From a virus (lineage: Duplodnaviria; Caudoviricetes): a stretch of DNA of 56,082 bases. A program made the position numbers and the translations under genes. Within the stretch, counting starts at the first letter, position 1. The number at the start of each line of letters is the position of its first letter. Below the pieces are notes generated by a model. That model saw nothing but the letters and a program-made list of their open reading frames with translations, was not told the DNA's origin and did no database searches. This document shows, piece by piece, positions 28,146 to 37,754 of the stretch. Location of the stretch: the IMG/VR virus record IMGVR_UViG_3300011417_000011, positions 1 to 56,082 of that record. One strand, given 5' to 3'.

Positions 28146-30229
28146 TAGCCTTGGATCCTTGAGAGCGAAGTACGGTTCTCATAGAGACGGTTCAGAATAA
28201 CCTTATCCGCCTGGCCACTCTGTAGGAAGTCGCCGATCTTTCTTTCGTCATCAACGTTCACAATCGTAATGTGAACCTCGCTTCCACCAAGAGCTTCATT
28301 CGGAACGATCTTACCATTGGTCTGCGGAACGAAGAGCTCGGTCCCCCTCTCACCAACCTTGATCGGCCGCATGGCTTGGGCTGGGCCACCTTCAGCGAAT
28401 TCAGGAGCAGGGCTACCGCCTGCATATGAGCCAGCAGAAAAAGCAGCGCCTGCGCCGCTAATTGCTTTAAGAACAAGCTGACTAAGGATGATACGCTCTA
28501 TCTCTTGAATCGCGTCATTAGCGATCGTCTTCCAGCTCTGACGGTTAGCCGAGATAAGGTTGGTTAGAAGATTCGTGAAGCCACCAACAGCAACACCCAT
28601 AACGTCTTGAACGACCTTAGACGAGTTCTCTGCCTCAAGAGCGATCTTGTCAAACGCGATCGTGAAGCCATCGGCGGCCTTAGTCGAGGACTGAAGACCA
28701 GCAATCTCCATCTCAAGATAAGCACGCTTGATCGTGTCCTTTTGCTCGTCAGTAATAGTCATTGAACCAAGCAAAACATTAATCGCTTGCTGCTCAGTCT
28801 TGAACTTATCCTGGGCCTCAAAGATCTGCTTATAGACCTTGAGCGCATTCTGGTCGGTGATGTCGGTAGGCCCGCCAATTCCGACCGTTTCATTCTTAGC
28901 TGCAAGAGAACGCGGGTCGAACGGCGTCCCTTCAGTCCTAGTATTCTTATTCAGAGCCTCAAGTTCTGCCGTCTTCTTAGTAATTCTCTCAAGAAGGTCG
29001 TCAACGCTCTTAGGAATTTCTGGAACTTCAGAAAGACGGTTGGCTAGATCCTTAACCTCGGTAACTAGACCAAGAATTGAGGTTCTAGTCCCACCGAGGC
29101 CGAGCATCGCATCGCGAGCTTCGTTCGCTTTAATCTTATTCGCTTCAAGTCCTTCCGTGATCTTATCGATTGTAGCCTTAACAGCGCCAGACTCATCCAG
29201 TGGAATATTCTTCCAAACTCTAAGAGCTTCCTGGCTCTCCCTAACTGCTTCTGTGGCTTTGCTAAATGCTTCAACCTCTGGGCCAGTGATCTGCTCAAAC
29301 CCTAGCTTACTACCAATATAGGACGTTGAAAGCTTCGCAATCAAGTTGAGAAGGATTTCGAAACCTTTTTGGGCGATATCGAAGAAGATCTTGAAGGACG
29401 ACGCTGCAACGTCCAAGCTCGCCTTGAAGACTCTGCCAAATAGATCCTGAAACTCTCTCTTATTCTCTGATACGAAGACCGTCAGCTTATTGATGGAGTC
29501 GCCAACAACTATGAAGAAAGCCTTGATGAAGGAAGACTCGTTAAGGACACGACCTAGCTCTTCCCTAAGTTCGGAGAAGGCTTTCTGTGAGGCAAGAATA
29601 TCATCCTGGAGATCCTTTCCGATCTTGATCTTCTCAAGTTTAGAAAGAACTTCCTCGGTCTTGGTCGCTGCGTCTCCGGCAGCGGAGAGAATGACTGGGT
29701 ATCTGCCCAGGATAATGGAGCCGGTCTCTAGAGACCGTGCGACCTTGACAACAGCGCTATCGAACGATACCCCCATGAATTGCGCATACTTCACGGAGAC
29801 AGCGATCAAGCGATCGAGCGCGTCACCCTGCTTGCCGTAGAGAACGGCAAGTTTCTCGCCTTCAATAATTGCATCGTCCTCGAAGCGGGACGTAGAGGCA
29901 AGATTACTGGCGAGGTCGATCAGGTGATCACTAAGTTCCTTACTATATTGCCCAGAGAGTAGCAGAGCGGAGTTCAATCGTTCTTCTGCGAGGAACGCGT
30001 CATCATATTCGGAAGAGAGGTCCTCGACTAGACTCTTAATCTCCAGAAACTGATCAATCGGCGCTTCAAGGACAGTTCTTAGCGCGCTAAAACCCTTCTT
30101 GAGTAGTTCAAGACTTTGGTTCGCTTCGGTCGCAGAATTGTCAATTTCATTAAGAGTGTTGACGACTTTCCCGCCACCGTCAGTCGCTCCTGACGGGTCG
30201 ATCACTATTCTGATTACGTATTCCGCCAT
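28145..30229 (-). CDS. Tape measure protein
   Basis: Helical 694 aa; C-terminal FAEGG...VGERGTELFVP...GKIVPN; follows the chaperones. Confidence 0.88.
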   Translation of the reverse strand: MAEYVIRIVIDPSGATDGGGKVVNTLNEIDNSATEANQSLELLKKGFSALRTVLEAPIDQFLEIKSLVEDLSSEYDDAFLAEERLNSALLLSGQYSKELSDHLIDLASNLASTSRFEDDAIIEGEKLAVLYGKQGDALDRLIAVSVKYAQFMGVSFDSAVVKVARSLETGSIILGRYPVILSAAGDAATKTEEVLSKLEKIKIGKDLQDDILASQKAFSELREELGRVLNESSFIKAFFIVVGDSINKLTVFVSENKREFQDLFGRVFKASLDVAASSFKIFFDIAQKGFEILLNLIAKLSTSYIGSKLGFEQITGPEVEAFSKATEAVRESQEALRVWKNIPLDESGAVKATIDKITEGLEANKIKANEARDAMLGLGGTRTSILGLVTEVKDLANRLSEVPEIPKSVDDLLERITKKTAELEALNKNTRTEGTPFDPRSLAAKNETVGIGGPTDITDQNALKVYKQIFEAQDKFKTEQQAINVLLGSMTITDEQKDTIKRAYLEMEIAGLQSSTKAADGFTIAFDKIALEAENSSKVVQDVMGVAVGGFTNLLTNLISANRQSWKTIANDAIQEIERIILSQLVLKAISGAGAAFSAGSYAGGSPAPEFAEGGPAQAMRPIKVGERGTELFVPQTNGKIVPNEALGGSEVHITIVNVDDERKIGDFLQSGQADKVILNRLYENRTSLSRIQG

Positions 30230-30557
30230 TATCTTCTTCGTTCTTCTTGGCTAGATACGCATTATCCATCCGCCTAATGATTTCTATGAAATAGCTTAGA
30301 ACGTCATCATCTAGGCCAAGGATTTCACCGTATCGAAGAGCGTCTCGCCACGGAATAGGACCGAGAGAGAATCCAATCTGCCTACAGCTTGCGAGCTCCT
30401 CAAAAGCTTTGAGGAAGATGATCTCTTCCTCGTGAACCACAGGGGCATCGGTTATCCAGGCTGGAACAGACTCGCCCTTAGCTTCTTTGACAAGCTTTAT
30501 GACTTCGCCTGTTTCCTTGTACTCAATCTCCCAGAGTAACCGACTGATCAGTTTTTT
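30180..30557 (-). CDS. Tail assembly chaperone, -1 frame extension (gpGT-like)
   Basis: Open from the slippery site (KLISRLLWEIEY...) into F.EL..CRQIGF..GPIPW...MD.AYL. Confidence 0.8.
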   Translation of the reverse strand, partial: KKLISRLLWEIEYKETGEVIKLVKEAKGESVPAWITDAPVVHEEEIIFLKAFEELASCRQIGFSLGPIPWRDALRYGEILGLDDDVLSYFIEIIRRMDNAYLAKKNEEDNGGIRNQNSDRPVRSD

Positions 30558-30973
30558 GAGGCGGACTCCGCATCGAGAACATCTTCGTCAGCATTAAGGA
30601 AGTTCTCCTCAGTTCTACAGAAAGCACGAAGACGGTCGAACAGCCAGTCAGGAAGAGCATTCAGAAGATTGATCGCTTCGTCCTTCGTGTACTCCACTGG
30701 CTTGTTAGTGGAGTCCACAATGCCTTCCCACCCAATAATTGCATGTTCGGCATAGAGAGATTTCTCATCTTCACGGAGGAGGTCAATCGACTTCGCCGAG
30801 GTCGATTCGGACCGTCGCGAGGACAACTTCAGTCTTGCGTTCAAGTATCCGCGATTCGACTGATTCGTGGGTTTAACTTCGAGGAAGGCCTTCGTAGCGA
30901 TCTGCGGGAGATGAAACTTAGCCGTCTTCCCCTTCAGTTCAAGATTCGACAGCTTCGAAAAATCAGCAGACAT
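30548..30973 (-). CDS. Tail assembly chaperone (gpG-like)
   Basis: IIGWEGI, LPDWLF..L..F....NF; ends TCA AAA AAC TGA. Confidence 0.82.
   Translation of the reverse strand: MSADFSKLSNLELKGKTAKFHLPQIATKAFLEVKPTNQSNRGYLNARLKLSSRRSESTSAKSIDLLREDEKSLYAEHAIIGWEGIVDSTNKPVEYTKDEAINLLNALPDWLFDRLRAFCRTEENFLNADEDVLDAESASKN
30551..30557 (-). promoter_or_regulatory. -1 ribosomal frameshift heptamer A AAA AAC
   Basis: X XXY YYZ immediately before the stop; -1 frame open. Confidence 0.8.
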
Positions 30974-31001
30974 TTGTTTTTCCTTGGTTATTGGGGGTTC
31001 T

Positions 31002-31035
31002 CGTAGCCCAGGAGGGTATGCCCTCCTGGGCTACG
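31002..31035 (-). terminator. Perfect 15-bp hairpin (terminator or processing site)
   Basis: CGTAGCCCAGGAGGG-tatg-CCCTCCTGGGCTACG; no clear U tract. Confidence 0.6.
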
Positions 31036-31054
31036 TTAAATGATCTTGGAACTA

Positions 31055-31615
31055 TTAGCCCACACCCAGATCAACATACACGAGGTCGAGGCGACCCGTG
31101 AACGTTGCAGTACCAGTACCGGACGTCACAGGTTGGGCGATGTTCAGGAACAGTTGGTTTGACGCACCAGCCGCAATCGTGACGTTCGAGCCAAGAGCGC
31201 CGCCAATAGTGCCGGTCGCGCCAGCACCGACGCCAGTCATCGAAGCGATGATGTTCTTCTCACCAGCGTTCGCGAAGGTCGTCGAGGCAGTCGTCACCGT
31301 ACCGATCGCAGCGATCAACGAGGTACAGGCCTGAGTCGTCATGCCCGCGATCGTAACGGCACACGACAGGTAAGCACCGAGGATCAAAAGGTTCGTGTTA
31401 GCGAAAGTGAGCAGCGAGGTGCCGCCGAAGTCGCTCGTTGACACGTCGTTGACGAGGAAGCTCGTTAGAACGAGACGCGTTCGCCGAATAACCGCGCCGA
31501 AGCGTTCACCGATCGCAACACCAGTGCCTGGCGTTAGCAGGTCACCCTTGAGAGCAGCGGCATCGCCCTCAATGTAGTTTGGGATCATAATAGAAGTGCG
31601 AATCTTCTCGACCAT
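31055..31615 (-). CDS. Putative virion beta-sandwich protein
   Basis: Gly/Ala/Thr-rich; lies between the tail tube gene and the hairpin. Confidence 0.55.
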   Translation of the reverse strand: MVEKIRTSIMIPNYIEGDAAALKGDLLTPGTGVAIGERFGAVIRRTRLVLTSFLVNDVSTSDFGGTSLLTFANTNLLILGAYLSCAVTIAGMTTQACTSLIAAIGTVTTASTTFANAGEKNIIASMTGVGAGATGTIGGALGSNVTIAAGASNQLFLNIAQPVTSGTGTATFTGRLDLVYVDLGVG

Positions 31616-31632
31616 GGCTTAGTTTCTCCGGA

Positions 31633-33141
31633 TTACGGCAGATACTGGAATAGGCTGATGCCGATAGACGTCCCAAGACTATCGTCCTGATGCGCATTAG
31701 CAGTGATGTCCATCAGAACAGACTTGTCCTGGGGATACGTCCTGCCGCCACCAGAGAACTTAAGAGAAGGAATATCAACTGCGATTGCACCGTTCTCATT
31801 CCTGAGGAGGAAGTCCATGGTGCAGGTGACGTTATTGCGGATGTTCGTAATAATGTCAGGTCCAGCGAAGATTACATTCGACTGAATCTCTACCTTGAAC
31901 CGTCCCATGTCGATGACAGCAGCACCGAGTCGACCAAGGACCTTCTCGGGTGAAGCATTATTGTTAATCTTAAGGGATAGCGACTTGAAGTAGGTGTCCG
32001 AGGCTGCAAGGCCAGTCGTACGAAGATTCACGATGTTCGTGGAGGTATTGAACGCCGTCCTACCAATTGGCATCGTTGGTGTTGCAGCGTTCGTCTTCCT
32101 AGTCGAAGTCGGGTTCTCCGTGTCAATTCCGATGAAGCTACAGTCAAGAACCGCCTTAGACGTCAGCGGAACGTTGAACGACAGACTGTTGAAATAATTA
32201 CCAGGAGAATACTGATATCCATGAGTTCCAACGCCATAAGCATCAGGCAGGAAGAGCTCAAATGTGTAAGTCCTCTCAACATACCGCTTATCATCCGCAT
32301 TCTGATCAACATCCACATTACGGATAAAACGACCATAATACAGATCAACTGTCACACCAGCTGCGGTATCAGTAATAAGAGCCGCAGACAGCTTATCGCC
32401 GGTGATCGTTCCTGCCACGATTGAGGTAACGCGCAAATAGCCTTCGCCCAGCGGGAACTTGGCATAGATGAATTGCCCAGCAGTAATGCCGATAGTCGTG
32501 AAGTCAATCGCCGTTCCACCACCATGGCCAGACGTGATCGTTGCGACCCCAGCGGAGACGACAATCTGAAGGTCGGCTGTGTTCGCGCGGATGCCCGCGA
32601 GAGCGATGTATGCGTTGGTGGGAGGAGTCTCGTCAACGAGAGTTCCTGAGACCGCAAGAGCCGTTCCCGAAGTTCCCGTGTCCGCAGCGAGGACCTTCAA
32701 GCCATTATTCGTTGCGTTCGCATAGCCAGCTGCGAAGAGCAATGTCTTCGGCCCAGTGGCCCCGTACTGGAGCTTGCCGGCCTGGCTCGTGGTCGCGCCT
32801 GGAATCGTGTAAGTCGCGCCAGAGGCAACAGCAGGACGAGCCAGGAAGTAGAGATTGAGGTTTACAGCTTCAGCGCCAACGAAGCCTTCCATCAGCTTCG
32901 TAATCGAATCAGTCGTAAGATCGTGCTCGAACTCGACCGAGCTATCAAGATCAACGATCGTTCCTGGCTGGCTCTGCCGAGTAATGTCGATCGGTTCGCG
33001 CGTAACGCTCTTAATTACCGCGCCGAAGGTCTTAATGGTATTCGGCTGAAGCCGGAACCATTGAGGCGACCCAGGAAGAACGCCAGGGGAAGACTCAGGC
33101 GAGAAGGCGAGCGCACTCTTGTTAGTAAGAACACGGGCCAT
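31633..33141 (-). CDS. Major tail tube protein
   Basis: ESSPGVLP, R.PI...RQ, YTFE, SLSL.INNN, AIAVDIP; upstream of the chaperones. Confidence 0.85.
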   Translation of the reverse strand: MARVLTNKSALAFSPESSPGVLPGSPQWFRLQPNTIKTFGAVIKSVTREPIDITRQSQPGTIVDLDSSVEFEHDLTTDSITKLMEGFVGAEAVNLNLYFLARPAVASGATYTIPGATTSQAGKLQYGATGPKTLLFAAGYANATNNGLKVLAADTGTSGTALAVSGTLVDETPPTNAYIALAGIRANTADLQIVVSAGVATITSGHGGGTAIDFTTIGITAGQFIYAKFPLGEGYLRVTSIVAGTITGDKLSAALITDTAAGVTVDLYYGRFIRNVDVDQNADDKRYVERTYTFELFLPDAYGVGTHGYQYSPGNYFNSLSFNVPLTSKAVLDCSFIGIDTENPTSTRKTNAATPTMPIGRTAFNTSTNIVNLRTTGLAASDTYFKSLSLKINNNASPEKVLGRLGAAVIDMGRFKVEIQSNVIFAGPDIITNIRNNVTCTMDFLLRNENGAIAVDIPSLKFSGGGRTYPQDKSVLMDITANAHQDDSLGTSIGISLFQYLP

Positions 33142-33554
33142 TACTTAGTCTCCAGGTATTCGAACTCAGTCTCTACGCTCGTCTGCACCCATTTCTCAGT
33201 TGGCCCAGTCGATCGGGGCGTCGAATTCCAGCACTGAAGTCCGGTCGCGATCGCCTTTCCTTCGAAGATGTCTTGGACCTTCTTAGCCAGCTGAGAGCTC
33301 AGTCGAGTTCCTTCATTCATTGCCGTATAGATTTGGACGAAGATGCTTCCAACTCTACGGTAATCTGTGTTTCCCTCGCCTCCTAGGTTATGTTGCTCTG
33401 AAGTGAAGACCCTTACAGTAATACGGCACCAGGGTTTATCTTCCTTAGGCACCGTAAAAGCTTTGTTCTCATAGGCGACTGGGCAGGTCTTGCCCCATTC
33501 AGAAGCGAACTTCTGATAGATCCTTTCAACCGCCTCCTCGAGAACCATTGCCAC
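33141..33554 (-). CDS. Tail terminator
   Basis: YEN..F..P...PW.R, G...VQIY.....G. Confidence 0.78.
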   Translation of the reverse strand: MAMVLEEAVERIYQKFASEWGKTCPVAYENKAFTVPKEDKPWCRITVRVFTSEQHNLGGEGNTDYRRVGSIFVQIYTAMNEGTRLSSQLAKKVQDIFEGKAIATGLQCWNSTPRSTGPTEKWVQTSVETEFEYLETK

Positions 33555-34017
33555 CCTTCAGAAGCTCCTGCGTTAATTCGTATTCCTTCGCTAGATCCTT
33601 TTCGATTGCCTTAGCGATTGCTAGCTGTACGAATCCAGCAGGAGCTTGCTGCGAATGTCCTTCGTTAAGAGCTAGGATGTAAGGCACGTTATTCGAGATG
33701 AAGACCCTACCCTTCTCTAGCTTGTATTGAGTTGCTACCTCGGCGATTCCACGTTCTGCAGCTTCCGTTGAAACTGGATGGCTTAATTTCCCTAAGAGCC
33801 TCTCAGGCCTTGTTCCCTGCTCTTCCTCTACTGGAGCTCCAATAGACGCAACCCAGTTCGCCCGAGCGTGCCCAGTGTCAACCGGGGTGCCACCTTCCTG
33901 CGGCTGGGCGACGAGGTTCGCTCTCGTGTCAAGGGTAATCTTCTTAATGATCTGTTCTGCTAGATCGGTGACCGTGTTGATCAGCACGCTGATCGGCGGT
34001 CTTTCGACACTAGCCAA
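33526..34017 (-). CDS. HK97 gp10-like tail completion protein
   Basis: TPVDTG.ARANW, ISNNVPYI..LNEGHSQQAPAGFV. Confidence 0.85.
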   Translation of the reverse strand: MASVERPPISVLINTVTDLAEQIIKKITLDTRANLVAQPQEGGTPVDTGHARANWVASIGAPVEEEQGTRPERLLGKLSHPVSTEAAERGIAEVATQYKLEKGRVFISNNVPYILALNEGHSQQAPAGFVQLAIAKAIEKDLAKEYELTQELLKGGNGSRGGG

Positions 34018-34255
34018 CTGGATCCTGCCTCTGAATCAGCGAATTGAACCACATTCGCCGAAGAGTCGGCTCGCGGAACTTGGTCTTATCAACGACCGTC
34101 CCAGCTTGGACGGTCTCACCGTCAACATTAGTGTCGCGGCTGTAGACGAAGTCCACAGTTGCGTCCCACTTCTCCTTCCAGTGTCGCCGACGGCGGACGA
34201 AAGGCTGCGGGTCAAGCAACACTGCCGAGTCATTCTGATTCTGTCGGCGAGCCAT
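34010..34255 (-). CDS. Hypothetical protein
   Basis: AAGGA RBS; overlaps the downstream gene start. Confidence 0.55.
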   Translation of the reverse strand: MARRQNQNDSAVLLDPQPFVRRRRHWKEKWDATVDFVYSRDTNVDGETVQAGTVVDKTKFREPTLRRMWFNSLIQRQDPVG

Positions 34256-34277
34256 GAGTCCTTCTCTCTACTAAGAC

Positions 34278-34322
34278 CCATGGAGAGCGGGGCGCTGATA
34301 TTCTATGCCCCGCTCTCCATGG
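34278..34322 (-). terminator. 16-bp hairpin after the major capsid gene
   Basis: CCATGGAGAGCGGGGC / GCCCCGCTCTCCATGG. Confidence 0.65.
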
Positions 34323-34336
34323 CCCCAGTATGAGGA

Positions 34337-35332
34337 TTACGCCACAATCGAGGAGAAGAAGTAACCGAGGTCAGCAGCCACGAGCTTCTGGTCGAAGCTC
34401 ATGTCCATCTCAACGCGGTCAGACCGCAGATGGACCATCGGGAACTTCAGGATACGACCACCAAACGCGTTCGAGCCCATCAGGCCCGTCCACGCGAAGG
34501 TGTAGCCAGCCGACGCCGTCATGATGCCCGGCGCAGGCGCGACGTAGGCAAGAAGGGCACCCTTACCGCCGATGAAGGAATGTGCTGCAGTCTGCCCTTC
34601 CTTCGCCGTGTTCTGAATCGCATCCATAACGAGGACCTCTTCAAGCTCGAAGAGGTCTGCCAGAATGCGGCGGTTCGCAATCGCTGGGCCACCCGTCTGG
34701 CCATGGTCAATTCGGCCAATGATGTCAGGATGGTCCATGAGGGCATCGAACACGTAACGCTGCAGAGCAAGCTTATTTGGGAGCTTGCCCGTGCTCTCTA
34801 GGACCACGCGCTTGCCCGTGCGAATATCCTGGATCGGGTTGGAGTTCGCGACATTCCAGCGGAGGACCTGGTTCGACCCAGGGGCCGAGTTAACGCCAGT
34901 AATGTCGGTCGTCCACTTGCCGGTCGTGAAGTACTTCGAGGCGAAGAGGACCTCTCGCTTCAAAAGACCCTTCATCGTAATGTAGAGGGTCGCTTCACGG
35001 TCAGGATCGAGCGGATCGTCCGCGTTCGCGCGGATCTGCTCGTCGATGTCGCGGTGAAACGCATACGTGTCACAGAAGTAGTTCGGCGTGGAATCGATCG
35101 TGTAGCTGCCACCCGCGGACTCCGTCGAAGGAGCACGCAGACGCATCTCGTCGCGATTGAACTCGCCGCGCTCATAAGTGAAGTAGCGATCACTCTGCTT
35201 GGTTACAGGGATCGTAGGGAACATACCATCCGCAATGAAGGCGCCAGCATCCTGAATCATGGCCAAACTCATATTATTGAGCGGCCGATTCACATGGACG
35301 TCAGCGCGTGAGGGCTGAACTGGACCGGGCAT
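34337..35332 (-). CDS. Major capsid protein
   Basis: DVHVNRPL.N.S, FIAD..FP.IPV.KQS, PN.L.L, HPDI..RI, GYTFAW, DLGYFF. Confidence 0.88.
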   Translation of the reverse strand: MPGPVQPSRADVHVNRPLNNMSLAMIQDAGAFIADGMFPTIPVTKQSDRYFTYERGEFNRDEMRLRAPSTESAGGSYTIDSTPNYFCDTYAFHRDIDEQIRANADDPLDPDREATLYITMKGLLKREVLFASKYFTTGKWTTDITGVNSAPGSNQVLRWNVANSNPIQDIRTGKRVVLESTGKLPNKLALQRYVFDALMDHPDIIGRIDHGQTGGPAIANRRILADLFELEEVLVMDAIQNTAKEGQTAAHSFIGGKGALLAYVAPAPGIMTASAGYTFAWTGLMGSNAFGGRILKFPMVHLRSDRVEMDMSFDQKLVAADLGYFFSSIVA

Positions 35333-35374
35333 TCTTTATCTCCTATGTATTCTAGTTATGGACCCGTGGTCCAG

Positions 35375-35761
35375 TTACGAGCCACCGCCAACGTCAGCGG
35401 CGAAGAGTTCAATCGTCACGATGTCGTTATTCGCGCCATCCGTCACGAAAATACCAACAGCGTTGTTTCCAACGGCATCGACCCAGGCAATCGCCTTGCC
35501 GTTCGCGTCAGAGGCAACCTTGCCTCCAGCCGTAACGCTCGCAGCGCACTTGACCTTGACCTTGCCGCCACCGCCCAAAGGCCAGAAGGGGATAGCGCGG
35601 TTCGCCGCATCAACACCTTCTGCCGAAACACCTACGATCGAGCCCTGCGCAGTCGTATTGACGGCCAGATTACCGCTCGAGTCGTAGACAAGGAAGAGGT
35701 ATGGATCAATCGCCGCCGCCGACTTCCCCGACTCAGGATAAGCACGTTCAACGTAAGACAT
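35375..35761 (-). CDS. Capsid decoration/cement protein (DUF2190-like)
   Basis: V.AGG.VASDANGKA, GIFV..GA..DIV.IEL; directly before the capsid gene. Confidence 0.75.
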   Translation of the reverse strand: MSYVERAYPESGKSAAAIDPYLFLVYDSSGNLAVNTTAQGSIVGVSAEGVDAANRAIPFWPLGGGGKVKVKCAASVTAGGKVASDANGKAIAWVDAVGNNAVGIFVTDGANNDIVTIELFAADVGGGS

Positions 35762-35802
35762 GTCTCAAGACTCCAGTATTTATTGTATGTGGGGAAGAAG
35801 GG

Positions 35803-37320
35803 TTAGACGCCAGGAGTGGCGTTCGGGATCGCGGCGCTGACCTCGCGATAGAGAGCCCTGCCCTCCTCCGTCGAGAGAACCGCGTTGTACGACTTCGCGA
35901 AGGTCTTCTTCGGGTCAGCACTCTTCTCGAGGTGGGCCTTCGCAAGAATGTTGAGCTTTTCCTCAGCGCCGGCAGCACCAGGGTTGGAGTTACCCCCTCC
36001 CATCACGCCGATCGTCTCCATGTTCTTCTTGAAGCCGGCATCGGTCGCATGGAGAGAATCGAGCGCGCTCTTGCGCAGCTTCTCGTCCTTGATCCCGTCC
36101 ACCGACTTGAGAAGCGCGACCTTCGTCGCCTCATCGCCAGGCGAATGCGAGAGCTCCTCCTTCGCGCGCTTCGCGTAGGTGGCCGTCTCGGTCTCGCTCT
36201 TAGCCTTAGCCAGCTCCACCGCCTGCTCATCGGCCCGCTTCGCCATCGCGGCGAGGCGCGGATCGTCGTTCTTGCGGAAGACCTCACCACTGACCGACTT
36301 GTAGACCTCCGGATTGAGGTCAGCGCACTTCTTGATCTCTCCCGAACGATCCACAGAAGCCATCTTCAGGAACGACTCCGCGGCCTCGCCGCTAAGCGTC
36401 TTGAAGTAGGACTTCTCAGCATCGTTCAGCTCAGCGATCCGATTGGCACGATCCAGTGCCTTGCTGAGCTTTTCGATTTCGGAATCAGGCATTGAATCGC
36501 CTCCATTAGTTTCAGAGTCGTTGAATGACAACTCAGTGTAATCGTTGTCGTCGGACTTTCTAACACCGAACAATGGCCCAGCCTTTTTCTGAGCATCTGC
36601 TGCGCCATAGACATTCATATTCGCGTTATGTCTAACAATATCGCTGGCGGCTCCAGCTACTCTCCGATAGTGGGAAGCAATCTCAGATTGCTTCCGAGAA
36701 TTGTACTCTTCACCTTTCTTTTGAGCGACTTCCGCCTTCTTTTCGTGCCGCGACGCCATCTTCTCAGCTTTAGACTTAGCGTCTTCAGCCCCGCTCGAAG
36801 TCCACTGTCCGTCCTCGCCACGATCCTGATCCGGATCATACTTATCGAATCCAGACCCCCAGGCCTTCCGTGCCGACTCCATCCGCATCCCTTCATCTGG
36901 GCAGTGCGCGATGATGTCCTTATCGGCCATGTAGCGGGCGATGAACTGCTCCTTGGTCTCATTCTCCTGAGGAACAGGGCGACCAGCCTTCTTTACCGAA
37001 CGGAAGTACTCAACCTCCCGCTCATGCGTCTCGGCCTCTTCCTTAGTATTAAACGTGCCAAGATTCTTGGTATTATCCTTCGACCTAAGCTGATACTTAC
37101 CGTTATCGAGCTTGACTACATGCTTCTCGATGACCTCGTACTTCTTCACGCTCTTAGGGCACTCTAGACCTGGGTGCTTTTCCCCGCAGGTCTCACATGT
37201 CTGAGAATCATCCATAGGAGAAGCTCGCTTCATAATAACCGCACGAGCGTCCTTCTGGGCGGGGAAGTCAACGCCAGAAGTTTCGTCGATCCGGAACCCG
37301 CGCATGATGAACTTACTCAT
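35803..37320 (-). CDS. Scaffold-like protein with protease-associated N-terminal motif and inserted mini-domains
   Basis: IDETSGVDFPAQ..A....KR; charged coiled-coil C-half ending in T.EG..LY. Confidence 0.7.
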   Translation of the reverse strand: MSKFIMRGFRIDETSGVDFPAQKDARAVIMKRASPMDDSQTCETCGEKHPGLECPKSVKKYEVIEKHVVKLDNGKYQLRSKDNTKNLGTFNTKEEAETHEREVEYFRSVKKAGRPVPQENETKEQFIARYMADKDIIAHCPDEGMRMESARKAWGSGFDKYDPDQDRGEDGQWTSSGAEDAKSKAEKMASRHEKKAEVAQKKGEEYNSRKQSEIASHYRRVAGAASDIVRHNANMNVYGAADAQKKAGPLFGVRKSDDNDYTELSFNDSETNGGDSMPDSEIEKLSKALDRANRIAELNDAEKSYFKTLSGEAAESFLKMASVDRSGEIKKCADLNPEVYKSVSGEVFRKNDDPRLAAMAKRADEQAVELAKAKSETETATYAKRAKEELSHSPGDEATKVALLKSVDGIKDEKLRKSALDSLHATDAGFKKNMETIGVMGGGNSNPGAAGAEEKLNILAKAHLEKSADPKKTFAKSYNAVLSTEEGRALYREVSAAIPNATPGV

Positions 37321-37714
37321 CGATCACAGGCTCCAGAGTTCCATGCTCTCCGCCAATGGAGAAGCCGGTGTAGGTCTTATCCTTGAACTTTGCGAGAAGC
37401 CCAGGAGATGGGCTCATCGCCAGCAGCCAGCCGGTCTTGGTCGTAGCAATGCCCAGCGACTTCGCGATCTCCCCCGTAAGAGGATAGGAATGCACGATCG
37501 AGCCGACCACCTCGCCCGTATGCATGTCCTTCGCATAGCGACGGTGCTTCATGAAGTCCGTTACCGCCGCCAGCATCTCATTCTCAGGGATGTGGTGGCC
37601 TTGGCTATCGTAATATGGCTCACCGTTCTCCGTGCAGATAATGCCCCAGCCCAGGACAAGGCCAAGGTCAGAGTCAACACGTTCAACGGGGATAGCTTTA
37701 GTAAAGAATTCCAT
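37313..37714 (-). CDS. XkdF-like prohead serine protease
   Basis: LVLGW, YYDSQG, MH, GWL, YTGFSIGG. Confidence 0.85.
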   Translation of the reverse strand: MEFFTKAIPVERVDSDLGLVLGWGIICTENGEPYYDSQGHHIPENEMLAAVTDFMKHRRYAKDMHTGEVVGSIVHSYPLTGEIAKSLGIATTKTGWLLAMSPSPGLLAKFKDKTYTGFSIGGEHGTLEPVIDE

Positions 37715-37754
37715 ATCACCAATTTCTTACTATCTGAGCTGGCGAAAGAACGAA

